From contig NC_047023.1 in assembly GCF_902652985.1 (NCBI RefSeq), forward strand, positions 8,866,001 to 8,930,000: a DNA stretch of 64,000 nt, written 5' to 3'. Below are positions 35,873-47,520 of this stretch, piece by piece (within the stretch, counting starts at the first letter, position 1; each line of letters opens with the position of its first letter). Below the pieces are notes generated by a model. It did no database searches. It saw only the letters and a program-made list of their open reading frames with translations, and was not told the DNA's origin. Position numbers and translations under genes: made by a program. Source of the stretch: Pecten maximus. Its lineage: Eukaryota.

Positions 35873-35899
35873 AATTTTAGTCTGGACAATATATTACCT

Positions 35900-36230
35900 G
35901 AAAGTTTAAAGTTTGTGTTGGATATTAACTTTATACTTTCAGTATGGGTTCATCTTGGTGAGATAGTGTGTAAGACCTGTGTCAATAGTAGGTCACTTTG
36001 ACCTACATTTTGACCTTTGACCTACATCAAAGAAAAAAATTGTCCTGGTGCTATCTTCTATACCCCTTGTCACAGGAACGTTATTCTTGGGGTATGGGTT
36101 CAAGTTGGTGAGACAGTGTGTCATGTGTCAAAATTAGGTCACTGTGCCCTTATTATTTTGACCTTTGACCTATATAAAAGAAAAAGTTTGTTTAGGCTCT
36201 ATCTCCTTCACTGGAATTTCATATTATAGG
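35900..36230. repeat. Degenerate interspersed repeat with two ~160-bp TGACCTTTGACCT-containing units (probable HINE interior)
   Basis: gtatgggttca--ttggtgaga-agtgtgt...aggtcact...ttttgacctttgaccta-at-aaagaaaaa occurs twice. Confidence 0.55.
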
Positions 36231-36950
36231 GTACTAGCTGGTTTATAACTTATCTATTACAAATTGAAAATCTGTGCATTCTTGACATATAATTTCACAT
36301 CTGGTGTGGGATTGTAATTCCCCCAACTGTCTTTGCTTTTAACAGTATCAGAAGTTCAGTTCTGTCTGCAGAAAGGATTACTATAGGATCAAACAAAATT
36401 TGTTTGATGTAAATGTAAAAAGAACTGGGAGCTTTTAGTGTGCATGTGCTTAATGATGACCAATAGATTTTTGGATTTGTGAGCTGCACCAAACTCTTAC
36501 AAGGTGACCTTGGATACATGCTGTAAAGAAAATTTCTTTAATAAAACATGTACAGTGCTTTGATATTTTATTGATGATCAAAATTTCTCCATCAACTCTT
36601 CCTCTGAGCATGAAACTTGTGGTTTATGTAGAATATATTGGCTCCTAAATTCACAAATTTTGATTAAAATTTGATGAGAATTGCAGAAAGTGCATTGTTA
36701 CTACCTTTATATTGGTCAAGAATGATATATTGTTTAATCTCCGTGATTTAATGTTCTTTGTTTTCTCATCAAAGTTGATTAAGAGAGAATTTATGATAGG
36801 TTGACATTTTAAGCAAATTGTGGGAAATCAATAAGCTTTGAAATTATAGAAATTTATAGGAAATATGGCGGTAAATAATTAAGATAAATGATTAACACAA
36901 AAATGGGGATTGAAGGGCCCCTCCAAGACTCCAAACATGAAAATTAGGGC

Positions 36951-37518
36951 TATCAAATATATAGACAGGGACAACCCAGTATCGTGTTTCCAAGGAAAGA
37001 TTGAGCTCAGGTTCTCCAAAATATAAAGACAGAAACCCTGTGTTGTGTTGCCGTGACAACAGGTTCTACAAAGTATATAGACAGAAACCATGTGTTGTGT
37101 TGCCATGACAAAAGTTACTACCAAATACATAGACAGAAAACCCTGTATTGTGTTGCTATGATAACAGGGGCTATAATGAATATATAGATAGAAAACCCTG
37201 TATTGTGTTGCTATGGAAACATACACTACAAAATATATACACAGAAACCCTGTGTTGTGTTGCCATGACAACAGGGACTACCAAATATATAGTCAGAAAC
37301 CCTTTATTGTGTTGCCATGGAAACAGGCACTACCAAAGATATAGACAGAAACCCTGTATTGTGTTGCTATGACAACAGGGACACCCAAATATATAGATAG
37401 AAAACACTGTATTGTGTTGCCATGGAAACAGGGACTACCAAAGATATAGACAGAAAACCATGTGTTGTGTTGCTATGACAAAGGGACACCCAATTATATA
37501 GATAGAAAACACTGTATT
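36951..37518. repeat. ~52-53-bp minisatellite, about 10 copies, most with an X-box-like 14-mer
   Basis: atatagacagaaaccctgtgttgtgttgccatgacaacagggactaccaaat periodicity. Confidence 0.92.
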
Positions 37519-38049
37519 ATCTACCATCTTCATATTAAGGATGATGCCAAAATTTCTTGAATTTTGTTGTTCTGTACTTAAATAAATCAAGTTTGTAATT
37601 TTTATTGAAATCAATGATATATGTAATGATATAAGTCTAGACTAGAGCAGATGTTTACCGTGATTTGATGTATTTTCTGATCAGATGGTATAATGGCTGA
37701 CATGATCGCTGGCTAACGTCACCCGAACACATTATCTCTTTCATTGCTGAACATTGGGCCATGATTTTGTATGATTTCAAATTAGACTGTAGGGTTTGGT
37801 TGGAAGTTTAAAAGATTTCGTTTATTATGCAATACTCTATGTGTCAAGGACCCCTTCCTGTTGTGGAGGATATGGTATGCTATAAAGAACTTATAAATCA
37901 ACATCTCAGAATTTCCAGCAGCTGAATAAACAGCAATTGCTATCTTAACTTCCATAGTAAACAGTATGAATATGTTCACTTTTGTGCACAAAAATAAGAG
38001 ATTTTTGCCAAACATCATGCAAATGGTGAGCTTCAAATTGCTCTGATCC

Positions 38050-38622
38050 ATCTATGGCGTTTTTGTTGACAATGAGGTCCGTAAAAACAATTCTTGTTAT
38101 CGCTTCTGCATATTATGTTGAGAAGTACAGGAATGATCTTCCTCAAATTACATGTGGTCATTTTGAGCATGTCCATTGTTGAGACTGATTAAGACAATGG
38201 CTGACAGGCAGCCATTTTGGATATTGACAGTTAAAATTTGTATCACATTTTCTCAGAAAGTTGTTATCTATATTTTTTGAAGTGTAGATAAATTTTAGAT
38301 TATGTTTTTGAGAAACTGGTCAGAACTCAAACTGACAAAGAGATGGCCGTCTTTGAATTTTGACAGTTGCAGTTTGTTGACCATAATATTTCTCAGACTG
38401 GTCTAGGTTGAATTTTTCCAAATTTCATTTGTATGTTATTAATCCCAATGGAGTTGTTTATTTCAGAAGAAGAAAAATCAAAATTAGTCATATTTTGTCA
38501 ATACAACATAATAAAAAATAAATGCTAGAAAAGTACAGAAAAAATCAAACTTGCATAGAACCAAAAAATATCATACATTGGTCGACACCTATTCAGAAGC
38601 TGAACCCACTGGAATTCTTGTG
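38050..38622 (+). mobile_element. Old HINE remnant with degenerate internal repeats
   Basis: Repeated atggc...ttttg-at-ttgacagtt..tttgt units; 3' end ggtcgacacc...ccactggaattcttg resembles the 3' end of 29944-30595. Confidence 0.5.
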
Positions 38623-39030
38623 ATGTTTCTTTGTTGAACAATGTTGCGAAGCTCACTTTTCACTTGATTTTGAGCTGAAATATATGTGTACATGTATGTC
38701 TGATATCATTTGGAAACATACATGGTCTGACAGTGGGATGGCCTCAAATTCTGCTTGTTTGACTTTATTGTCCCAACCTAACCCAAACATTGTGGGATGA
38801 TATATACTTCATGTTGAACAAGCTTGCTTCTACAGCATTTAAGGTGGCTGTCTTAGCATATGTGATTGACTGACACAATACAAATATAATTTCTACTTTT
38901 AATGGTGCTTGGTTGGTTTCTGTGTATGATGCAATGTTGGTGTGCTTTATGCAGAACAAGCAATTGAAGTTTTACAATTCAAAATGGCTACTAATAAAAG
39001 GCCTCTTACTTGTCAAAAAAATACTGGTTT

Positions 39031-39188
39031 TGTAACAGAGTGCATGATAATTAAATTATTATTACTGCCTTCGCTAGGGATCAAACCCAGGACCTCTGGC
39101 TTACTAGTCTTACGCTCAACCAATCAAGCTAAAGAGAATATCTCTCTAGCCGAGCGGTATATTGCGGCAAGTATTTACCAGGGTTACA
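39031..39188 (-). mobile_element. Solo LTR-like element with an internal tRNA-like (Thr-AGT-like) segment, second family
   Basis: Termini TGTAAC...GTTACA; minus strand TAGCTTGATTGGTTGAGCGTAAGACTAGTAAGCCAGAGGTCCTGGGTTTGATCCC (A box, CTAGTAA loop, degenerate B box) sits in the middle rather than at the 5' end; no clean TSD. Confidence 0.6.
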
Positions 39189-40172
39189 TATTTTTAATTG
39201 GATAATTTAGGTGAAAGACCTGTAACTTTAGTGATATTATTTTAATGTACATCACAAGATCTATGGCATTTATGGGTTTTTTAAAAGAAATTTTACATAT
39301 AGATAAATCCTTGCTTCTGAAGAACGTTGTGTGAATATTAGTTAATACAATAAGGGGGAGAATCCATCCCGATGTTGTCTACATGGTATTTTCAGCATGT
39401 TCATGCATGTGAAGAGTGAGATCTGATGTTTCCCAGACCACCGCAATACCACTTTGCTGTCCAATTTATCTTGTTAATCGATTGAGGGGCTAGACTCCCC
39501 CCTCCACCCCCCCCCCCCCAACACTTGGACTACACACAGGTAGATACACTTATACTTCGACATATCTGTAACTCCTGTGTATAAACAAATGGCCACGGCT
39601 TCGAAATCTTGACAAGACACTTTACTTGCCAAGATGGTATCTGTAGGTGACTGATTGTAGCAATGGAGAGGTTTCAATGTAAAATGAACTTGTTTTTCCG
39701 CACGACATAAACTGTGATCTAGCGCTGCGAAACTCATGTACATTTCTGAACAGAGATCACAGATTTCTATAAATATAAAGCCAGTTGATTATCAGATGCC
39801 AGCTAGGATCTATTTTTTCTTTTGGCACAGGTTGAACCAAGCCGGACCATTATATATGCACTGTAAAGTGTAACTGGTAAAGTCACGATTTTTGAATTCA
39901 TCTTTTCCAATAAACTCTTTAGCTATATATACACCAGCATCCTAGATGAAACTAATTAGGTTTTTTTAACCAATTAATTTTTATTGACCTATGTATCTAT
40001 ATTCTGAACACCAACCTGGGATTATTATGATTAATCTTTTTCTGCAGGTGGTCTCTGGGATAATTTTTTTTTTGAGAAGTCGGCATTGTGCCAGGTTTAA
40101 GAAATTTGTAAAATTTGAATTGTAATCATATTAAAACAATTAACTTTTTTTTCTGCTTTTTCTTAATTGTAG

Positions 40173-40322
40173 ACAATTATAGATTTAAATACCTGAGCAT
40201 TAAAATACAAGATTAGTGCTAGCTGTACCACAGGGATTGGCTGTTTGATGTTCTGACCCTCCACTATCGTTTACTCTTCACGAGACTTTGCTATAAGTCT
40301 GATAAGCTTCTGCAGCTAAGAG
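40173..40322 (+). other. Candidate 150-nt non-coding (5' UTR) exon
   Basis: Very strong acceptor tttttttttctgctttttcttaattgtAG and donor AG|GTAAAT; stops in all three frames. Confidence 0.2.
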
Positions 40323-41668
40323 GTAAATTTTGTCTATGGTGAAAATGTGCTTTTTGTTCACTGGTAAAATTCAGGACTTCCATAATTTTGTAATAATATT
40401 ATTATTGGACCTTGTGAACACGACAACTGGAATAAATATCAACCAAGTTTATGAAACTTAGATTTGTATGTAGCCATACATTGTATATGGCATGATCTCA
40501 GATGAATTTGAAAATGGGAATTATTCAACAGTAGCTTACAGAGTATACTCAGATTTTGAGGTTTGGCTATTTATTACAAGCACAGTCTTTTTGGCAAATT
40601 TCTACACAATGCAACTTTTTCAATTTAATAATTTTAAATGATAAAAAATTATCTCAATTCCCTTTAAGTTTGGATAAAAATCGCAGCTGGAAAAGTGCAA
40701 AACATCTGTATGAACCATATGCCTCACTTTCATGAAAGTTAAAAATAGTAGCATGTCTGCACATGTCAAGTGATGATTTTTCCAGAACCCTGACTTAAAA
40801 GTTTCTCCTATATATTGAATTTGGTTCTGTAATGACTATCGGAAATCAAAGTTGTTGTTGATGTTTGTATTTTGTATATGAATCACTCTTGGACGTTGTT
40901 ACTTAAAGTCAGCTAGCTGCCATAGAGCAGACGCAGCTATATGATGGTCACAGAAAGTAGTGAAATGTTCTTTTAATGTGTAAAACAACTTGATTCAGAA
41001 GGTTTAAAGTCAAGGAAGGCGAGAAAAGGTTTGATACTCCGGGTTACATTTATTCCCCCGTGGGTTTTCTAGCTGTTGATTCGGTGTAATACTCTAAGAG
41101 TCTGGTTCTAACTCTGATTACACACAGCAACTGGATATGTCACGCTAGCGGCCATTATACTTGTAGATAGACTGCAGTCTGATTAGGAGAAGTGTTGCAT
41201 AGGAAATTATCGTGCTATGAAACTTTGCATTTACAAATTACAAAGCATTTCAGTTAATTTCTGGATCTGTGGAAGCAATTACAACAACAGCGTGGCAATC
41301 CCGTAAGTCTTCTCCAAAAATGACAATTTTGTTCAAGCTGGCTTCAATTAAATCTTTTTGTAGAAATAATTGATTATACTCTTCGGATGTAGAATTTCTT
41401 GGAATAATTACTGATCGTAATCTTTGGAGATTCCCAGACATTTTTATCTTCCGGTGTTCCATTCCGTAATATACATACTGACATAGGAAGCCCAATCATT
41501 GATTAGTTCACTTCCGACCGGAGGGCTGGAACATTACCGGATGATAACTGTATCCTGGGACAGGTGGGGAGGTGGATGAAGGGGGTGGGAATATAAAATA
41601 TACACCTCAGTTATACCATTTTCAACTCGGCTATTAAGGCATGACTATTATTCGAGTAAGTAAACCAT

Positions 41669-42400
41669 CCTAGCCTGTCCTATATACCTCACCAATACTT
41701 TCTAGCCTGTCCTATATACCTCACCAATACTTCCTAGCCTGTCCTATATACCTCACCAATACTTTCTAGCCTGTCCTGTATACCTCACCAATACTTCCTA
41801 GCCTGTCCTATATACCTCACCAATACTTTCTAGCCTGTCCTATATACCTCACCAATACTTCCTAGTCTGTCCTATACCTCACCAATACTTCCTAGCCTGT
41901 CCTATATACCTCACCAATACTTCCTAGCCTGTCCTATATACCTCACCAATACTTCCTAGTCTGTCCTATACCTCACCAATACTTCCTAGCCTGTCCTATA
42001 TACCTCACCAATACTTCCTATTCTGTCCTATATACCTCACCAATACATCCTAGTCTGTCCTATATACCTCACCAATACATCCTAGCCTGTCCTATATACC
42101 TCACCAATACTTCCTAGTCTGTCCTATATACCTCACCAATACTTCCTAGTCTGTCCTATATACATCACCAATACTTCCTAGTCTGTCCTATATACATCAC
42201 CAATACATCCTAGTCTGTCCTATATACCTCACCAATACTTCCTAGTCTGTCCTATATACCTCACCAATACTTCCTAGCCTGTCCTATATACCTCACCAAT
42301 ACTTCCTAGTCTGTCCTATATACCTCACCAATACATCCTAGCCTGTCCTATATACCTCACCAATACATCCTAGCCTGTCCTATATACCCCACCAATACTT
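41669..42400. repeat. 32-bp minisatellite (CCTAGCCTGTCCTATATACCTCACCAATACTT), about 23 copies
   Basis: Direct tandem periodicity. Confidence 0.97.
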
Positions 42401-43220
42401 TGTAGCCCGTATAATTATGCTTCTGATCATACAATAAGTATGCCATTTCAGTTCTGCTATAAAGATTTTCTCATACAGTATTGGGGATTCACTTGTGAAA
42501 CATTCCCATTAGAGTAAATTACGTGGTGTTTTTGAAAAAAAAGTACCCAACACAATGAGACTACTTGAAGAAAAGAGAAGTTGATGGGTGAACTGGACAC
42601 ATCACTCTGTAAAAACAAACAGCTACACAACAGAAGATCTTCTGAAAGATGAAACTGGTGCTACACCTTGTGGAGATATTATAGATAGTCCGAACCAGAC
42701 TGTCATGATGATCTGCCATATGTTTCCTGTAGGTTTATAGACAATGTTATGTGGGAGAGATATAAAGAAACATCATTAACCATTCAGCGATATTTCACAC
42801 TGTTTTTTTCTTTGCGAGTTTCCTGTTTGAACTGACGTGAGGTGTCGTCCTACAGGAAGCCCAATCCTTTCATTTCATCACTTGCGATCAGAATTAATTG
42901 AAAACAGACCCGATGCTGAATGTTCTGTATTCAATTTGTTTGCTGCGTGCACATTTTGTACCATTTACAGGCATGGAGATATTAGTTACCATTATTTTCG
43001 GTGTTTGGAAGCACTTTATGAAAATCGTTTAATTTTCCTATCCGTTCTATAGCTAGTTGATTCCGTTCCGAACACTACTGTTTGCCAAACACATTTATAA
43101 CTAATTTCCTAAAAAGCAATTCCATCCATCTTTTTGTGATTATGTAAGTTTTTTTTCCTATTTGACTATTGTCAAAATCATTAAACAAGCAGATGTATGA
43201 AATGAAACATTTGTCTTACA

Positions 43221-43577
43221 CAGGGAGTTTCCTACAATAGAGACTGGGTCTATTAAAAGGACCCATTCCCCTTCAAACATCTTGTGTAATTTCCAGTTTG
43301 CCACTGAAAAATTTCTAATTTTGAAGTCACTTTTGAACGATTAAGTATGTTTTAGATAAAAAGACCTATAGTAAAGCAATTTTTAAAAATAAGAAAACAG
43401 CTATAGATAACAAAATGAAATCAAAAATTATATAAAGGCAATATTTATCAAAGAAGATCTGAAATTTGTATGAATTTGACCATTTGTTGTTTTTCCCACT
43501 ATGTCACATTTCGTCGCGTAGGAATTTCCAATTCAATGGACCCTGGACCCAGTTGAAAAATTGTAGGAAAATCTCTT
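43221..43577. mobile_element. hAT-like MITE with degenerate TIRs
   Basis: Left CAGGGAGTTTCCTACAATAGAGACTGGGTC; right GACCCAGTTGAAAAATTGTAGGAAAATC; TCTTACA on both flanks (43214-43220, 43574-43580). Confidence 0.55.
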
Positions 43578-44851
43578 ACAAAATCAAAGACAAATATTTC
43601 TCTTAAGAATGACATAAGGATAGAACGATTATCTGCAAACGGATATTTTTTATGTTTCATAACCTCATTTAAAGGTTACAGAGTTTCTTCATTTTATACC
43701 TTAATCAAAGAAGAGTTCCAGGCTGTTAAAAATATTTTGTTGAATTCCTTTGAAGGTCACCTGAAGGACGAAAGGTGATATAAAGGAAATGATGTAAAAT
43801 ATCTGTGAAGTATATGGAGTTATGATAATTATAATCTTTCATGTACTTTAAGATTGCTTGCTATTAAATTTATTTAAACATACTGATCTTGGCCAACCCT
43901 AAATGTCTCGGATGTCAATTGTATTTTCTTATATTAATCAAAGACAGGTTATATTCTTTTATTAAATACATGAATAAAATAAAATAAAAACGCAAGGCGA
44001 TAGACAACATTTATCAAATATATAATTGTGACATTTATCAAACCATAAAATCCTTTCAAACGTTTTTGCGAGACTTCATGTGATGTTGAGCATCAAGGTT
44101 AAGACTGCAAATATAGGATTCCATCATACTGTATGTGTGCATGATAATAAAACTGCAGTGCTACAAGGGAAAATTACAATTCTGCCTTTTTTCATGTAAA
44201 TAGAAATTGTGTTCCTTTTATATTTTATGGCCTAGTGTGTTATACTGACAGGTATAAAATCATAAAATGTCATATGGAAATGGAAATAAATTTCATGATA
44301 AATGAGTTTTGTATCGTTTCTTTTCTGATGCAAAAGTGAAATTTTAATGTAGGCTTCATATTCGAGTAAAATATACATGATTTATGATGTTAACCTGTAC
44401 ATGTTTGTAGCGATTTTCTTCCGGACTTGTATTTATTTGACACTTGCGGCCATGTTTTCATCGCATTTACATGTCTACATCGCTACAACTTGAAGTGTTA
44501 TTTGGCGATATATAATCTCGTCTTCATCATATCAATCTTTTAACTTTATTTTACTAGAATATAAAAAAGAGATTTATTGAATATAGGGAAATCATACATT
44601 TGTGATGCATATGATACAGCTCTACAATTGCTGTCAGTTTTTACATTGAGTCATATTCTTGCCTGTACAGTTTCTCGAGATAAATCGGAAAAAAGAGATA
44701 GATTGAGTCATTCAAGGAATGTTCTGAAGTACAAAATGAAACTAAATGAGCAGAACCCATTGTTGATTGGCCAATGAATCAGAACTAGTTGTCATGGTTA
44801 CGCAGGTTACAGCCCCATCCTAACTTCCCATTGAGCTGTTTTGTTTCTTTT

Positions 44852-45803
44852 AGCTTACCTGGTCTGCAGGGTAAGTATTGCCATACCACACGGTCCGTTG
44901 TTGGTCTGTCACTCATCAGCTTTTCCTATAAATCGCTATTAGTCAATGACAACTGAGTGGATTTTAATCATATCATGTTGTAGGCTTGAAGCATCCTTGG
45001 GGGAAGGGATCCAGTTTTGTGTATAAATGGTGGGTCTGGGTCTCCCTCAGGGCCAGAGGGATGAAGTACAGTAAAATTGAGCAAATTCTGTAAAATCCTT
45101 CTTTTTAAGGAATGAAAGAATTTGGTCCATATTTGATCTGAAGCATCCTTGGGTGAAGGGGAACCAATTTCATTTAAACAGTGGGGCTGGCCTCCCCAGC
45201 AGGTTGAGGGGTGGCCTTGTAGGGGAAATAATTATAGCAAGTTCTTTAAAATCTTTCTTTTTCTGTAGGAATGAAAGGGTTTGGTATATATTTGGTATGA
45301 AGCATTCTTGGGTAAGGCTTGAGAAACCAAAATTGTATGAATTGCAGATCTGGCTGTCCATCAGTTGGAGGGCAAGGGCTGAAAAGGTATGATACTTACT
45401 ATCAATGTACTCTTAAATCAAAATCTTGATGGATTAAGTCAGATTTGGTCTGAAGGATAATAGAGGAAATGAGATCCTATGTTGTATAAAAGGATGAATT
45501 GGGTCCCCTGGAGTTGGAGATGATAGTCTTTTCCTTCCCAGAGACCCAGAGGAAGTCAAAATTCAGCAGGTTATTTAGCTTTCCAATTCAATTTGCTGTT
45601 AATCTTCTTCGAAACCTGAAAGCTAACTAAGATTTTTTTTTTTTATTTAAAAGAGAATGTTGACTGCAAAGCATATGGTACTGTCAATAACAGATTACAA
45701 ACTGGAAAAAAGTATTTGTAATATAACTTATATAAATGAAAGTGCTTTGTTATAATCACTGAAGAATCCAGTTGAGCGATACAGGTTATCTGGGCCTCTT
45801 GTT
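44852..45803 (+). mobile_element. Degenerate HINE/Helentron-type element with diverged internal tandem repeats
   Basis: 5' tttt|agcttacctggtc...tgccatacc; repeated tgaagcatccttggg units; 3' ccagttgagcgatacaggttatctgggcctcttgtt. Confidence 0.8.
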
Positions 45804-45876
45804 CAAAGTTTGGTATGAGACATCAAGTTACAGGTATATCTACCAGGCACATAATACATAGGGTGCTGTCCACTTG

Positions 45877-46647
45877 GGGATTCAAATGACCTTGAAACAA
45901 GACTAGCATAGATTCCAATATCTCTGAAGCAAGTTCATCATACAGGGATTGAAATGACCTTGAAACAAGACCATACAGGGATTGAAATGACCTTGAAACA
46001 AGATCACACAGGGATTGAAATAACCTTGAAACAAGACCATACAGGGATTGAAATGACCTTGAAACAAGATCATACAGGGATTGAAATGACCTTGAAACAA
46101 GATCATACAGGGATTGGGATGACCTTGAAACAAGATCATACAGGGATTGAAATGACCTTGAAACAGGACCATACAGGGATTGAAATGACCTTGAAACAAG
46201 ACCATACAGGGATTGAAATGACCTTGAAACAGGACCATACAGGGATTGAAATGACCTTGAAACAAGACCATACAGGGATTGAAATGACCATGAAACAAGA
46301 CCATACAGGGTTTCAAATGATCTTGAAACAAGACCATGCAAGGATTCAAATGACCTTAAAAAAAGACCTTACAGGGATTCAAATGACCTTTTAACACGAC
46401 CATGCAAGGATTCAAATGACCTTGAAACAAGACCTTACAGGGGTTCAAGTGACCCTGAAACAAGAGCATGCATGGATTTAAATTACCTCAATACTAGACC
46501 AGAGATTCAAATGACCTTGTAACAAGACCATGCAAGGATTCAAATGACATTGAAAAAAGACCATACAAGGCTACAAATGACCTTGAAGCAAGACCATACA
46601 GGGATTCAAATGACCTTGAAACAAGACCATACAGGGATTCAAATGAC
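45877..46647. repeat. 33-bp minisatellite (GGGATTGAAATGACCTTGAAACAAGACCATACA), about 22 copies
   Basis: Direct periodicity; explains the three overlapping 11-aa-repeat ORFs at 45823-46394. Confidence 0.97.
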
Positions 46648-47254
46648 TGAACCATTGCTGGAAATTTGAATACTGTAGTGGTGTAGGCATTTGATAACCC
46701 TAATCCCCAATTCTACATCCTTTAGCATTGAGTCAAAAAATTAAAATGTTTAAAAACATTTCAACTATTACAACAATACTTTCTATCAAAACAGAAATTA
46801 TATTTCAAGTTCATGACCTTGGAATTGTGTTTAGGTGATACAAGACAGAAAACCAACAGCTGTAACTGTATCATTAAAAAAGATATCAATGATTGACCAG
46901 TAATTGATAATGGTGATTAACCTTGTGAATTATGACCTCTGTCAGCCGATGCCTAGGTAAGGATGTGTCGTCCAGCTCCTCATTTATTGCTTTGTTAGAG
47001 ATGGTAATGTGGCCATCCATTAGCATTAACTGACCAGTCAAGGACAATTTGGCTGGTTAGGATATTTCTTTGGTCAACGGTCAACTATTTGTGCATGATA
47101 TTGACCAATGTCATTGAAGGTACTCTACAACCTTACACATTTAACCTGTGGTAAAGCATTTCTTATAACGCATATACTCCGGTAAGTCTGTAAATATTTT
47201 TGACTTCTGGTGGATTGCAAGCAAATGTTTCAAATTCTGACCTCCTAAAAGTTT

Positions 47255-47520
47255 TTTTCATGGATATTTTGGGAAAAACCAATTGACCAAATTGACACAA
47301 TTTCACATGTAAGTTATGTTAAAAATTCACATGCTAATAATTGTTTGGTAACCTGAATTTCACATTTCAGTGTAAATTCTAGCTTTACATGATGGCACTC
47401 CTCAATTCAGACATTTGACTGTCCATTTCTGATCTATTTTGTATAATATTTGCCATTTTATTTTTCTGTATTTTTTCAAAGTTTTAATTTTTGGATGCAA
47501 TTGGGAATTTAAAGTTTGTT
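47255..47520 (-). repeat. Old dispersed repeat, copy 2 (inverted homolog of 8225-8505)
   Basis: ttcagtgtaaattctagcttt (47366-47386) is the exact reverse complement of 8349-8369, with collinear flanking similarity. Confidence 0.75.

Noticed and set aside
45823-46394. Three overlapping 146-172-aa ORFs with 11-aa repeats
   Set aside because: Products of the 33-bp VNTR; open on both strands, no unique sequence
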